IMG/VR virus record: IMGVR_UViG_3300014613_000678
Coordinates: 1-24,792 of that record
Reading direction: 5' to 3' (one strand)
DNA: 24,792 bases
Origin: a virus
Taxonomy: Duplodnaviria > Caudoviricetes
Each line of letters opens with the position of its first letter. The stretch's first letter is position 1. The notes beneath the pieces are model-generated. The model did no database searches and was not told where the DNA came from. It was given only the letters and a program-made list of their open reading frames with translations. Below, piece after piece: positions 6,135 to 15,820 of the stretch. The position numbers were made by a program, and so were the translations under genes.

Positions 6135-8120
6135 ATGCCTGAAAACGAAACATTAGAACTAATTTACCAACGGTTCGATAAAGCCAAAGACGCCCAGGCA
6201 CGCAAGAGCTTCGAGACCGATATGGAAATATCCAAGCGGGCGTTCAAGGGCCATCCGTTCAGCGACACGCAAGAAACCAGTATGAAAGACTCCGGCTTGC
6301 CGGTTGTCAAGGTATCCCGCGGTACAACCAACGCCCTTCGGTTTGCATCCATCCTGACAGCCTCTCGACCGGAACTAAAAGCGGTTGCGAAAGGGCGCGG
6401 GGACGGTGGCGTGGCGACCCTTATAAGCAGGGCGTACCAGAAAGTATGGGAGCAGAACCGGGCGGGCAAGATTAACTTCCGCGTGGTGTTAGCGCTTGTG
6501 CGGGAAGGTCTGAGCCATTTCAATGTGAAGACCGAACGGTACGGGTTGGCCGGGGACGTGCGTATCAAGATATCCAAGCTGGACGCCAAGAAAGTTGTTT
6601 ACGACCCTGAAACGTCCGAGGACAACCTGGAAGACTGGCGCTATCGCATAGTTTACCGAGCCATATCCAAGGAAGAGGCGAAAGACTTATACAAACTGAC
6701 AGATGAAGAACTTTATTACGAAACTGTCGTTAAACCGGAAGATGATGATAGCGCGGGCGACCATGATAGCAAACATGGCGGAAGTTATGATGATGCCCCG
6801 GGTGGGCAGAAGAAAGAAACTAAGCGTATCGTGTGGGAGCTGGAATATTGGGCAAAGCGCAAATATAAGGTAAAATACCTGCTTGATATGGACACGCTTC
6901 AATCCATACCGCTTGCGTCCGAACCCACCAAAGCGGAAAAGGAAGCGCTGCTTCAGTCCGACCGTTACAAGGAAATCACGGTAATCGAGTGCGACCTGAA
7001 ATACTGTCTGGTATGCGGGAAGAAAATCGTGGTTGATGTGAACAATCCGCACGGCAAAGACCAGTTATCCGAGCCTGTAGATCCTATTGTGGATGTGGTG
7101 AACATACCCATCGGGGAAACGTACCCGCGCGGCAATATGTTCTTTGCGGACGGCCCCCTGCAGGAGATATCAAAGCGCCGTGCCCAGTCAATCGCGGTGG
7201 TGTCGGCCACACTTGGCAGCCCCATTCTTGTGAAAAAGGGTTCTGGTGTGGATTTACAAGCGTGGCGTAAGAACCTCTCTAGGCCACGTGAAATCCTTGA
7301 AGCTGATTGGGATGACCCCGGTGACAAACCCAGTACGATCTATCAGAACATCCCGGATATGTCACGTATATTCATGCTGGAAGATCGTGCACACAGGGAC
7401 CTGGACGATGTGTTCAACCTGTCCCCGGTTTTAAAGGGAGAGGCCGAAACAGGGCGCATGTCCGGCAGACTGGCGTCCATGTTGCGCGAGTTCGGCATGG
7501 AAGGTAACTCGTACCTGCTGGCATCTATGGAAGAAGCCTTCCGGCGCCTGGGTGTGTGCATAGTCGTAATGGCTCTTAATGAATGGCCGTTTCATTATTG
7601 GCAACGCTTGGTCGAAGATGAGGATATGGACGAGCAGGGCAAGCCATTACCCAGTATCGTAACCGCATTGAAAAAACTGGAAGCCAAGGACGTGTCTATC
7701 ATAGATTACGATATTGGGATACGTTCAGGCTCTTCGCTGCCTTCGAGCAGGATGGCTCGCCTGGATTTCGCAGTTGAACTCTCACGCGAACCTGTCCATC
7801 CGGATGCTGTGTATGATGTGGAAGCGGTTCTGGCGTATATAGACGATCCGCAGGCAGAGGGCGTTTTAAGGCGCAGGGGTAAATTGAAACAAGCCATGAA
7901 CCAGATGCAGCAGATGGGTGGTGAGATGGAGAACATGGCGAAACAACTTGACAGCATGACCGCTGATATGCAACAGAAAGATGAAGAGCTTGACAAAATT
8001 AAGATTCAGCACGTGGAGGATATGGGCAAGCAGAAATGGCGTTACGAAATCACACTTGAAAAACTAAATCTACGGTTAGCGGCCATGAGGGAAAAGAAAC
8101 AGCAGGCGAAGTCGAAATGA
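6135..8120 (+). CDS. portal protein, P22-like with C-terminal coiled-coil barrel
   Basis: 661 aa, positioned between terL and scaffold/capsid. P22-type features: VVYDP, GPLQEISKRRAQ, LKGE...SGR, YDIGI..G.S.PSSR, and a Q/M-rich helical tail. Confidence 0.88.
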   Translation: MPENETLELIYQRFDKAKDAQARKSFETDMEISKRAFKGHPFSDTQETSMKDSGLPVVKVSRGTTNALRFASILTASRPELKAVAKGRGDGGVATLISRAYQKVWEQNRAGKINFRVVLALVREGLSHFNVKTERYGLAGDVRIKISKLDAKKVVYDPETSEDNLEDWRYRIVYRAISKEEAKDLYKLTDEELYYETVVKPEDDDSAGDHDSKHGGSYDDAPGGQKKETKRIVWELEYWAKRKYKVKYLLDMDTLQSIPLASEPTKAEKEALLQSDRYKEITVIECDLKYCLVCGKKIVVDVNNPHGKDQLSEPVDPIVDVVNIPIGETYPRGNMFFADGPLQEISKRRAQSIAVVSATLGSPILVKKGSGVDLQAWRKNLSRPREILEADWDDPGDKPSTIYQNIPDMSRIFMLEDRAHRDLDDVFNLSPVLKGEAETGRMSGRLASMLREFGMEGNSYLLASMEEAFRRLGVCIVVMALNEWPFHYWQRLVEDEDMDEQGKPLPSIVTALKKLEAKDVSIIDYDIGIRSGSSLPSSRMARLDFAVELSREPVHPDAVYDVEAVLAYIDDPQAEGVLRRRGKLKQAMNQMQQMGGEMENMAKQLDSMTADMQQKDEELDKIKIQHVEDMGKQKWRYEITLEKLNLRLAAMREKKQQAKSK

Positions 8121-8221
8121 ACGAAGACACGCGGATATGGGTAAGGATTTTGGAACGCACAGCTAACTTCTTTGCGTCGCTTTTAAAGAAATGGAGGGAA
8201 GGCAAAATAGAAGATATATAA
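8117..8221 (+). CDS. 34-aa amphipathic helical micropeptide
   Basis: Hand-translated MNEDTRIWVRILERTANFFASLLKKWREGKIEDI. ATGA overlap with the portal stop. Confidence 0.55.
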   Translation: MNEDTRIWVRILERTANFFASLLKKWREGKIEDI

Positions 8222-8266
8222 CACCTGATACCTCCATCTGAACGTATCAGGAAAGCCAGAAACGCT

Positions 8267-8310
8267 AAAGCCTCTCTGGAATCGAAATTTGATTCTGGGA
8301 GGCTTTTTTT
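8267..8310 (+). terminator. intrinsic terminator-like hairpin
   Basis: GCCTCTC(T)GGAATC / GATTCTGGGAGGC stem followed by 7 T and preceded by AAA. Confidence 0.7.
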
Positions 8311-8351
8311 ATTAACCGGCGACCGTCCGCCGATAACAGACGAGGTGAAGA

Positions 8352-9251
8352 ATGGCAGAGGAAAACATAGCACTCGAAACAGACGAAGACCGGGACTTAA
8401 CTCCCGAACAGGAAGCGGAGATGTTAGGGGAGGAACTGGAACCTTCGAAGACCCCCGACGAGGAATCCGCTGACAAAGAAACCGACACAGACACGGCTAA
8501 ACCGGATGAGACCGTGCTAAAACCAAAAGAATCCGAGACCGAACCACCGGCACAGTTCACGCAAGAACAAGTTGAGGCCATGATTCAAGATCGCCTTACG
8601 CGTAATCAGCGGGAACTACAGGAATCAAACCAGCAACTACAGGAACGATTAGCAGCTCTGGAAAAGGACAGCACGAGCACGCAGTCTGAAGCGCAGGATT
8701 TGGGCACGCTATTTGGCGACCCGAAGTGGGCCGGATGGACACTGGAAGCCCTGAAAGAACAAGGTCATGAGGAACATTATCATTTGGCACTTGGCAGATT
8801 AGGGGCGTTACAGGAAAGCACGAAATGGAAGTCCGAGCAGGAAAACCGCCGGCAACAGGAGGCGATGGAAAAAGCGTTTCAGGAGGATATGAATGCGATT
8901 AAAGAAGTCGAGCCGACCTATTTTGATGCAGTCACTGGGAAGCCAAACGAGACCTTTAAGGTCTTGACCGATTGGGCGGAGAAGAATCAGGTGTTTAACC
9001 TGTCTTTGGCGCACAAGCTGAAGAACTTCGACGCGCTGATTGCAAATGCCGGAAAGGCCGCTGTAACTCAATATATCGAGCAGGCGTCTAAAAGTTCGCT
9101 GCAAAGAATCTCCGAGCAGAAGGATGCTGTCAGTACGAAAAGCATTAGTTCAATGGACGACAAGGCTTTAACCGAATCATACGTGAGCGCACGTGATGCC
9201 GAACAGGAAACCGCGATCGAGAAGGAAATGGAAAAGCGGGGTTTGTTATAA
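8352..9251 (+). CDS. capsid scaffolding protein
   Basis: Acidic disordered N-terminus, FTQEQVEAMIQDRL motif and coiled coils. Lies between portal and capsid. GAGGTG RBS. Confidence 0.8.
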   Translation: MAEENIALETDEDRDLTPEQEAEMLGEELEPSKTPDEESADKETDTDTAKPDETVLKPKESETEPPAQFTQEQVEAMIQDRLTRNQRELQESNQQLQERLAALEKDSTSTQSEAQDLGTLFGDPKWAGWTLEALKEQGHEEHYHLALGRLGALQESTKWKSEQENRRQQEAMEKAFQEDMNAIKEVEPTYFDAVTGKPNETFKVLTDWAEKNQVFNLSLAHKLKNFDALIANAGKAAVTQYIEQASKSSLQRISEQKDAVSTKSISSMDDKALTESYVSARDAEQETAIEKEMEKRGLL

Positions 9252-9256
9252 TCGTT

Positions 9257-9282
9257 CCCTGAATATGTTTATATTCGGAGGG
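9257..9282 (+). promoter_or_regulatory. hairpin overlapping the major capsid RBS
   Basis: CCCTGAATAT-GTTT-ATATTCGGAGGG. The 3' arm includes GGAGGG (9277-9282). Confidence 0.5.
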
Positions 9283-9290
9283 TAATAAAA

Positions 9291-10292
9291 ATGGCTGTAA
9301 CAGCATTTGCAACCGGCGACACGCTGACCGAAAAAGCGTGGAGCAAAAAGGTAATAAAACTCGGTATGGACCGTTCATATTTTGAACAGAACGGCTATGT
9401 CGGGGAAGACAAAAACAACATCATCATTCGATATACCGAGCTGGACAAACGCAAGGGGGACGTGATTTATCTCCCGGCATCCGGGGAACTCACCGGGGGC
9501 GGCGTATCCGGCGATTCGATTATGGAGGACAACGAGGAAGCGCTCCCGACTTATGACGAGAGTGTGACCATAGACCAGATCCGTAACGCGGTTCGTATTG
9601 AGGGCGCAATGACCGAGCAGCGCACATCAATCGAGTTGCGGCGTATCGCACGGGACGCGCTGGCCGATTGGCTGGCTAACAAAATCACCGAAGATACGTT
9701 TAGCGCGTTAAACGGGTCTCCTACTCGCGCATTATTCGGTGGGGACGCGACCACCAAGGCCACCATTGAGGCCGGTGACTACATGACCACCACGCTTTTA
9801 AGCAAGGCTTCCACGATTGCCGAAAAGAACACCCCGGAACTCAAACCGGTCACAAAGGGCGGTGCCCAGGTGTTCGTGTGTGTGTGCGCACCGGATTCAG
9901 CGTATGACCTTAAAGTGTCAGACTCCGTGTGGGGTCAGGCGCAACGTGAGGCCATGCCGCGCGGTTCAACCAATAATCTGTTCAAAAACGCCTACGGCAT
10001 GTGGGACGGTGTGGTGATTCAGAAACATAAATATATCACCGTATCATCCGTGTTTGGAGCCAGCGCCAACCTGACCGGGTCTGAAAATCTATTCTTAGGC
10101 CGTGGTTCCGGTGCATGGGCTTTTGCCAAAAACAAGTTCTGGAAAGAAAAAACTTTTGACTACGCGAACTCCCCAGGGGTATGTATCGGAGCGATTTATG
10201 GCGTTATCAAACTGGTTTTCAATTCCGAGGACAACGGTGTGATTTCTATTGTCACGTATCGCACCAATAACGCTGAAGCTACTTACGCATAA
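9291..10292 (+). CDS. major capsid protein, N4-gp56/DUF4043-like (HK97 fold)
   Basis: EL.K.KGD.I...L.G.GV.GD..MEDNEE.L......V.IDQ.R.AV...G.M.EQRT...LR..AR..L.DW pattern, plus G.WDGV and E.FDY.N. Follows the scaffold. Confidence 0.92.
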   Translation: MAVTAFATGDTLTEKAWSKKVIKLGMDRSYFEQNGYVGEDKNNIIIRYTELDKRKGDVIYLPASGELTGGGVSGDSIMEDNEEALPTYDESVTIDQIRNAVRIEGAMTEQRTSIELRRIARDALADWLANKITEDTFSALNGSPTRALFGGDATTKATIEAGDYMTTTLLSKASTIAEKNTPELKPVTKGGAQVFVCVCAPDSAYDLKVSDSVWGQAQREAMPRGSTNNLFKNAYGMWDGVVIQKHKYITVSSVFGASANLTGSENLFLGRGSGAWAFAKNKFWKEKTFDYANSPGVCIGAIYGVIKLVFNSEDNGVISIVTYRTNNAEATYA

Positions 10293-10316
10293 ACAGCGTG
10301 AAGGAGATACTAACCC

Positions 10317-11096
10317 ATGACTGAAGAAAAAATAGATGATATGGTAGAGACCAAGGCGCCGGGTGTACTGTCCATTGACGATGTTGCTGACCAGTACGAT
10401 CCGAACACCACTGTGCAGATGGAACGGGCGGCTCAAAACCCGTTTGCTGGTTATCCGATCAAGATAATCGAAGCACGTTATTATCCGCGAGACCCCCAAC
10501 TGGACGCAATGAGCCTGAACGATTTGTTGCAATATTGCACCAGAAACGAGTTATTTCATCGTGAATGGATTGTTCAGAGGGGTTTATTGCCTAACAGCAA
10601 GGATCAACATGAGCGGGTAATCGGTATTAAAACCGACTGGAAGAAGGAGAAAATCCTACAGTATATTGACCGGAGGCAGACGCACAGGTTTCCCAGTCAT
10701 CATCTTGTATTTTGTAATTTGCCACCCACAAAACCGGGATTACCCAGAATATTCCCTGTTAAGAGCTGGATCACAAGGCGTTTTCGTAGTGTTTGGTTTG
10801 ACTTGGCCTGGCCGTTGCCTACCCCGGAAGATCCATATCGGATAGGCGACCCGTTTAAATGTGCAATCGTGGATGATGATTCCATGAGGGCGCAGATGTT
10901 TTTCATGCGGGAACCACGCACGGGCAAGGTTGTTATGCGCACCATGACAAAAGGTGTGCCCACGTATCATTTGCTGGCAGGTGACGGGCCGATATCGTTA
11001 CCGATTCTAAGGCGTATATTTACAAACGGCACTAAGGGCAGCGCGGACTTACAGCTTTGGGGAAAAGAATTCGGGGGAATACCGGATTTAGATTAA
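10317..11096 (+). CDS. hypothetical head-associated protein, possible HeH/Rho-N-like helical motif
   Basis: 259 aa directly after the capsid gene with AAGGAG RBS. LDAMSLNDLLQYC...KKEKILQYI resembles helix-extension-helix motifs (weak). Confidence 0.65.
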   Translation: MTEEKIDDMVETKAPGVLSIDDVADQYDPNTTVQMERAAQNPFAGYPIKIIEARYYPRDPQLDAMSLNDLLQYCTRNELFHREWIVQRGLLPNSKDQHERVIGIKTDWKKEKILQYIDRRQTHRFPSHHLVFCNLPPTKPGLPRIFPVKSWITRRFRSVWFDLAWPLPTPEDPYRIGDPFKCAIVDDDSMRAQMFFMREPRTGKVVMRTMTKGVPTYHLLAGDGPISLPILRRIFTNGTKGSADLQLWGKEFGGIPDLD

Positions 11097-11109
11097 ATTA
11101 GAGGTGATA

Positions 11110-11613
11110 ATGGCCTCATACGCAAATATAAATCCCACCGGGATGAAAGAAGACGATATTATACAGTTATTGTATGAAATCGGGTATCAGGTGCAAAATA
11201 ACGTAAACGGCGAGGAAGCGGCCGCAACGGACTTCACAATTACTGTTGTCAACCGCGCACTCAGCATGGTTGGGGCAGGTGATTACGTTAAGGTGCTTCG
11301 CCCGAACGGGTTTAACTGGGCGTATGCCGTGCAATACCTGTATGAAATCGTGAAATACATGGTCGCAAGCGTTACCAATGCGACCGAGGCGGACTGGAAC
11401 GGGCAAATCGCCAACCTATATCTTACCATGACCGGGGGCACCACTACCCGTAATTGGTTCATGTACCCGAACGGTGTGGCGCAGGGCGAGTTTTGTAACA
11501 CTCTGTACCAAATTGTAGAGTGCATGATAGACGATGTGACAGGTCCGGACAAAACCAGCTTCACCCTGGACGTAATGGACAAATCCGGCAACATAGCTGG
11601 TGTATCCGGCTAA
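11110..11613 (+). CDS. putative virion structural protein with three internal repeats
   Basis: GAGGTG then ATG 11110. Three P[TN]G-x9-LY[EQ]I units. Confidence 0.7.
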   Translation: MASYANINPTGMKEDDIIQLLYEIGYQVQNNVNGEEAAATDFTITVVNRALSMVGAGDYVKVLRPNGFNWAYAVQYLYEIVKYMVASVTNATEADWNGQIANLYLTMTGGTTTRNWFMYPNGVAQGEFCNTLYQIVECMIDDVTGPDKTSFTLDVMDKSGNIAGVSG

Positions 11614-11641
11614 CTAACTTTTTTTTCGGAGGTTTGAAAAA

Positions 11642-12454
11642 ATGTTTAAGAAACTTTTAACTTTTATCGCTGTAATCGCAATCGTGTTCGTGCTTGTTAT
11701 GCCTGCGCCTGCCGATGCAGCTTTGCGGCATTATAAACTTTACGTCTATAAGGCCATTACGACTCAAGCCTTGTTCGATGTGAACCGGGCAACCCGCTTA
11801 ACCGATGACGTGTATTACAGTGTGTATCGGTACCATGCGACAACCCCGAGCGCAACTCGCGAAACCCTGTATTCCGATAAGGCGGGTACGGCCTTGGCCA
11901 GTAACCCGTGGGTGTTGGAAAGCGTGTTTGACGATACCGGCACAATTGATTTTTACTGTGACCCAAACGAGACTAGCGACAAAACAGTTAAGATACTCGT
12001 CATTGACGCAGCGAACGGCAAATCAACATGGGCGGACGTGGCTTTTGACAAGGATCACACTGTTATAATCGATGAGCGTCCCGGCGTGACACACCTGCTG
12101 ACATTACCATTGTCAAGTACTTGCGTGTCAGGAACTTCGTGGGGCGGTGCGGCTAATAATAGTGATGCTGTAGATACCGGGATTGATTTCCCTCTGCAAA
12201 CGGCTATTTTTGACGCATTTGTGAACGTAACCACAGCATCGGCTTCTGCGAGCACACTAGATTCCGGGTACTTAGCTTCAAGCACGGCATTTATATCAGG
12301 GCAAGAGACTTTTACTGTTGGTCTACAGCATGACACTGTGTTTGATACCGCGTTTCAGTTCATTACAACGGACAGCACGTATCAAAGTATTTATTACACA
12401 TGGTCAACGGACAGTGTGGACGGCTGGTTGAATTTCATTCACACTAATTATTAA
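11642..12454 (+). CDS. signal-peptide-bearing, Ser/Thr-rich putative capsid decoration/spike protein
   Basis: MFKK + hydrophobic core + APADA cleavage site. TLYSDKAGT...NP...GTIDFY and DAFVNVTTA...LDSG resemble phage head-binding and cement beta-domains. Confidence 0.7.
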   Translation: MFKKLLTFIAVIAIVFVLVMPAPADAALRHYKLYVYKAITTQALFDVNRATRLTDDVYYSVYRYHATTPSATRETLYSDKAGTALASNPWVLESVFDDTGTIDFYCDPNETSDKTVKILVIDAANGKSTWADVAFDKDHTVIIDERPGVTHLLTLPLSSTCVSGTSWGGAANNSDAVDTGIDFPLQTAIFDAFVNVTTASASASTLDSGYLASSTAFISGQETFTVGLQHDTVFDTAFQFITTDSTYQSIYYTWSTDSVDGWLNFIHTNY

Positions 12455-12462
12455 CCAATTAT

Positions 12463-13545
12463 ATGCGTTTAGCTTGGGCCATATTTCCCATTTCGCTCAC
12501 CCTGATCTATGCGGGTATGCAGCGAAATGGGAATACGGCAATACTTCTGGTGACGGCAAGCGTCGTTTTAGCCTATTACCTGAAGGATCATTGGGTGAGA
12601 GCATGGTTTTTGTGGCAGATAGTTTTAGCTGTTTTGATGTACTCGATTCTAATTGCGTTTCCGTGTCAATACACCATGAGACTGCACATGAACGCAATGG
12701 ATTTCATGGTGAAACTATCCGCCGGCATTATAATATTCATAGCTGCCACAGAAATATGTATCTCTAAGCACAGGTATATTTTTAATGTGTTTTGTATCTT
12801 CGTATTGTTTGAATGTCTGGTTTTTATGTTTCAGCAATACAACCTTGACATCGAGCAGATAAGCGCAACGGTAATCGGTGCTACAATGAGAGACATCCCT
12901 CGGGCGGGCACATTGGGCAACAAGAATTTCTTTGCTGCAATTCTGGCAATTACCATGCCAATGTTTTTCAGAAAGAAGTGGTGCTGGTTTCTACCGATAA
13001 TTATTCTGGTGTTGTTTCTTCAGCAAACCACCGGGGGGATCGTTGCTGCGACAGTGGCGATTGCGTATTTTCTGCTGAAATCTAAACAATTCAGGATAGA
13101 AACAAAGGCTTTGATATTTGCTTCTCTGGCGTTTGGTTTTGTCGTATTCGTGCAGTTTTTCGACACGATTGCCCTGGATGATTTCAGGCGTTACACATGG
13201 TGGGATATATTGCGCAGTATGCCTCAATGGATTTACCTTGGAAACGGACCCGGATCGTATCCTATCTGGGGTGGTGCTGAGCATGTCCATAACGATTATT
13301 TTGAAGCGTTTTTTGAGGGTGGTATAGTTTCAATGGTAATTATCACCGGATATTTAATCTCTATTCTTTACAATGCCTACCACCAGAAATCTCAGGTGGG
13401 CATTATCCTCTCCGCATGTGTTCTTGCCTTGTGCGCGAATGCACTTGTCAATTACCCGCTACACTTAGCTCCGAGCGGTTTCATAGCCGCTTTTTTATTA
13501 GGGATGGCTTACAGATGGCGGACTACCTTACGTATGCTAACATAA
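12463..13545 (+). CDS. O-antigen ligase / O-oligosaccharyltransferase family (Wzy_C) polytopic membrane protein
   Basis: About 10-12 hydrophobic segments. GTLGNKNFFAA, R...W, GNGPGSY, HVHNDYFEAFFEGG (H-x-H-N motif) and NYPLH. Confidence 0.88.
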   Translation: MRLAWAIFPISLTLIYAGMQRNGNTAILLVTASVVLAYYLKDHWVRAWFLWQIVLAVLMYSILIAFPCQYTMRLHMNAMDFMVKLSAGIIIFIAATEICISKHRYIFNVFCIFVLFECLVFMFQQYNLDIEQISATVIGATMRDIPRAGTLGNKNFFAAILAITMPMFFRKKWCWFLPIIILVLFLQQTTGGIVAATVAIAYFLLKSKQFRIETKALIFASLAFGFVVFVQFFDTIALDDFRRYTWWDILRSMPQWIYLGNGPGSYPIWGGAEHVHNDYFEAFFEGGIVSMVIITGYLISILYNAYHQKSQVGIILSACVLALCANALVNYPLHLAPSGFIAAFLLGMAYRWRTTLRMLT

Positions 13546-14219
13546 AATCACAGGTTCAGGCGTTAATTGACGACAGTGACACAGCAATTGCCAGTATAAT
13601 CGACAGTGTCATAAATAACGTCTATTTGGGCGATATCATAGGCGAGTTTCGTAAAGGGCGCTCCGTACCCCCCTGGATGGTGGCTTATGATGCTTCATTG
13701 GACACCACAGCGGCTACGCGCACAACCCTTGTTAATACACTTGGTGTGAATATCGAACGCATAATATCTGTGTCTGTGGATAATCAGCCCTGCCTGCCTA
13801 TCACGCCTGAAGAACTCGAATTGCATACCAAAGCTGGATTTGGCAACCCGAGTCCGTCATTTTGGTGGGATACGGGCAGCACAATGCGCCCTACCAGGTA
13901 TCGGCATAGAAAGCAGTACACTCTTGCAACAGGCGGAGAAACCGACACTTTTGAATGGTTTCCGATACCTGACACGGCTTATGACATCCGGTATTGGTAC
14001 GAGAAACGCGTATCCGTATTATCAGGCACTACCGTACCGGACTTACCGACGTGGGCGCACCGTACCATCATATATGGCACTTTAATTCAGCTTGCCATGT
14101 TCGATGTGAAAGTGAAGGCAGGTCCGTGGGCAGTCCTGTACGAGCAGGGTCTTGAACAGTTACGGGGATATTCCAATAATTTTGTCTTAGGCGGGCATGT
14201 GGAGCCTTTCGGGATATGA
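13515..14219 (+). CDS. head-tail adaptor / tail tubular protein A-like
   Basis: ORF 13416..14219, likely start ATG 13515 (MADYLTYANIKSQV). Motifs WFPIPDTAY, PDLP.WAH..I.YG. Precedes the nozzle. Confidence 0.75.
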   Translation: MADYLTYANIKSQVQALIDDSDTAIASIIDSVINNVYLGDIIGEFRKGRSVPPWMVAYDASLDTTAATRTTLVNTLGVNIERIISVSVDNQPCLPITPEELELHTKAGFGNPSPSFWWDTGSTMRPTRYRHRKQYTLATGGETDTFEWFPIPDTAYDIRYWYEKRVSVLSGTTVPDLPTWAHRTIIYGTLIQLAMFDVKVKAGPWAVLYEQGLEQLRGYSNNFVLGGHVEPFGI

Positions 14220-15820
14220 GACGACCGAACCAAAGAGCAAGGCAGAAAATGTACGCACTGGCTGGTGTTGACGCCATGCGTCCTCAGTTTGTCGGCCCGA
14301 ACACTTTCATCGGGGGCCGGAATGTGGATTGGGCGGAGGATATGGCAAGCGGCAAGAAGGAAGGGGGCGTACTACCATCACAGTGCATCATACTGGAAAA
14401 CTTCGATATCGACTCACAAGGCATACTGACCGGGCGCAAGGGTACTACGAAGATGAACTCTACCGCTGTCAATTCAGGTGCGCAGATTCATTCCATATAT
14501 CGGTATCGACAGGCATCCACAACCACGAATTATTTCATCGTTCAGTGTGGCACCAAAGTCTACACGATGGTATTGGCAACCGGGGCGGTTACTGAGATAG
14601 CTACCGGGCTGGCCCAGGTACCTCTTAAATGGGTTACATGGAACGATAAGGCATATGGTGCGAACGGCACGGGTATTTACAAATATTGCCCGACAGACGG
14701 CACGCCCTGGCAGCAAGTGCAGAGTATAGACGCTCAAACCCCTGATGCAAACGATATTACGGTATTTCAGGACGTAATGTTTGCCGCGCAAAACGGCACT
14801 TCTTTCCCTTCCAGGGTTTTCTGGTCTGACGAGTTTGATGGTGAGGCGTGGGATGATACCACGAATTTCAGGCGGGTGCGCGAGCGGGACGGGCAGGAAA
14901 TCATGTCTCTCGAAGCGCTTGGAGGCCGTGTGTTATGCCTGAAGGACAAATCCGCATGGTTCCTGTATGGCTCGTCTATATACAGTTTTGCGGAAGAGCT
15001 CATCAGTGATGAGATAGGTCAGATAGGACGCATGGCGTCTGCAGGGCATGAGGGCAAAAAGTTTTTCCAGAGCAATCGCGGCATCGAGTATTTCGACCCA
15101 AGCACGCCGAAGCAGTTCAATAATATCGCACGGGGCACGTGCCAGAAGGAAATCATGGCATATTCCCGCTCGGTACGCAATAACGCCGTAATGTGCTACT
15201 GGCCGCTGTATAACCGCTTATTGGTGTCATATCCGGGCGCCACCATCCCGACCGTGTACGTGTTTTTCCTGAACCATCCTCAGATGGAAGAGGACGGTAA
15301 TATATGGTTCCCGCACACGATCTATACCGGCATAACCGTAACGGCTATGTGTGTCACATCCGCATCCGGGGACGCGCAGGAGCTATACTGGGCCACAGAC
15401 GGCGGGTTCGTGTATAAATACGACCAGAACTATCAGGATGCCGGCGTTAATATCACCGGGTCTATGAAATGGGGCTTTACCGATTGCATGTCGCCTACAT
15501 TGGTTAAGAACTTTTCGCGGTGCTACGTGCCTGCTCGAATTACCGGCACTATGAATATCACCCTGGACGTGGATTTCTCCGCCACCACGCAGCAGAAAAC
15601 CACTACGACCTATTTGCCGACAGGTACGGGCGTGTTCGGTACGGGTGTGTTTGGAACTGCGGTTTTTGGCGGGGCGTATGTACTTAATCGGAGCGTCCGA
15701 TACACCAGGATGAATGGTATAAAAGCGGCTATTCTTATTCAGGTGTCCTATGGTGATAGAGTTGAGATACACCCATTCCGCTTGGAATATTACCCAAAAG
15801 AACGAGTGAGGTTTCCATGA
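14216..15820 (+). CDS. tail nozzle / tubular protein B-like (P22 gp10-like beta-propeller)
   Basis: LENFDIDSQG.L..RKG N-terminus, RVFWSD, beta-rich composition, KNFSR, and a C-terminal TGVFG-type triple repeat. ATGA coupling at both ends. Confidence 0.8.
   Translation: MRRPNQRARQKMYALAGVDAMRPQFVGPNTFIGGRNVDWAEDMASGKKEGGVLPSQCIILENFDIDSQGILTGRKGTTKMNSTAVNSGAQIHSIYRYRQASTTTNYFIVQCGTKVYTMVLATGAVTEIATGLAQVPLKWVTWNDKAYGANGTGIYKYCPTDGTPWQQVQSIDAQTPDANDITVFQDVMFAAQNGTSFPSRVFWSDEFDGEAWDDTTNFRRVRERDGQEIMSLEALGGRVLCLKDKSAWFLYGSSIYSFAEELISDEIGQIGRMASAGHEGKKFFQSNRGIEYFDPSTPKQFNNIARGTCQKEIMAYSRSVRNNAVMCYWPLYNRLLVSYPGATIPTVYVFFLNHPQMEEDGNIWFPHTIYTGITVTAMCVTSASGDAQELYWATDGGFVYKYDQNYQDAGVNITGSMKWGFTDCMSPTLVKNFSRCYVPARITGTMNITLDVDFSATTQQKTTTTYLPTGTGVFGTGVFGTAVFGGAYVLNRSVRYTRMNGIKAAILIQVSYGDRVEIHPFRLEYYPKERVRFP

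Noticed and set aside
11619-11626. T8 run as a terminator
   Set aside because: No convincing upstream stem. More likely an unstructured leader before the GGAGG RBS.
13416-13514. Extended N-termini given by the ORF track (also 41, 1326, 5401, 24244)
   Set aside because: They create long overlaps with upstream genes. Downstream starts fit operon coupling better.
15626-15670. TGVFG triple repeat
   Set aside because: A short aromatic-glycine repeat of a kind common at the ends of nozzle-like proteins. It is not a separate element.
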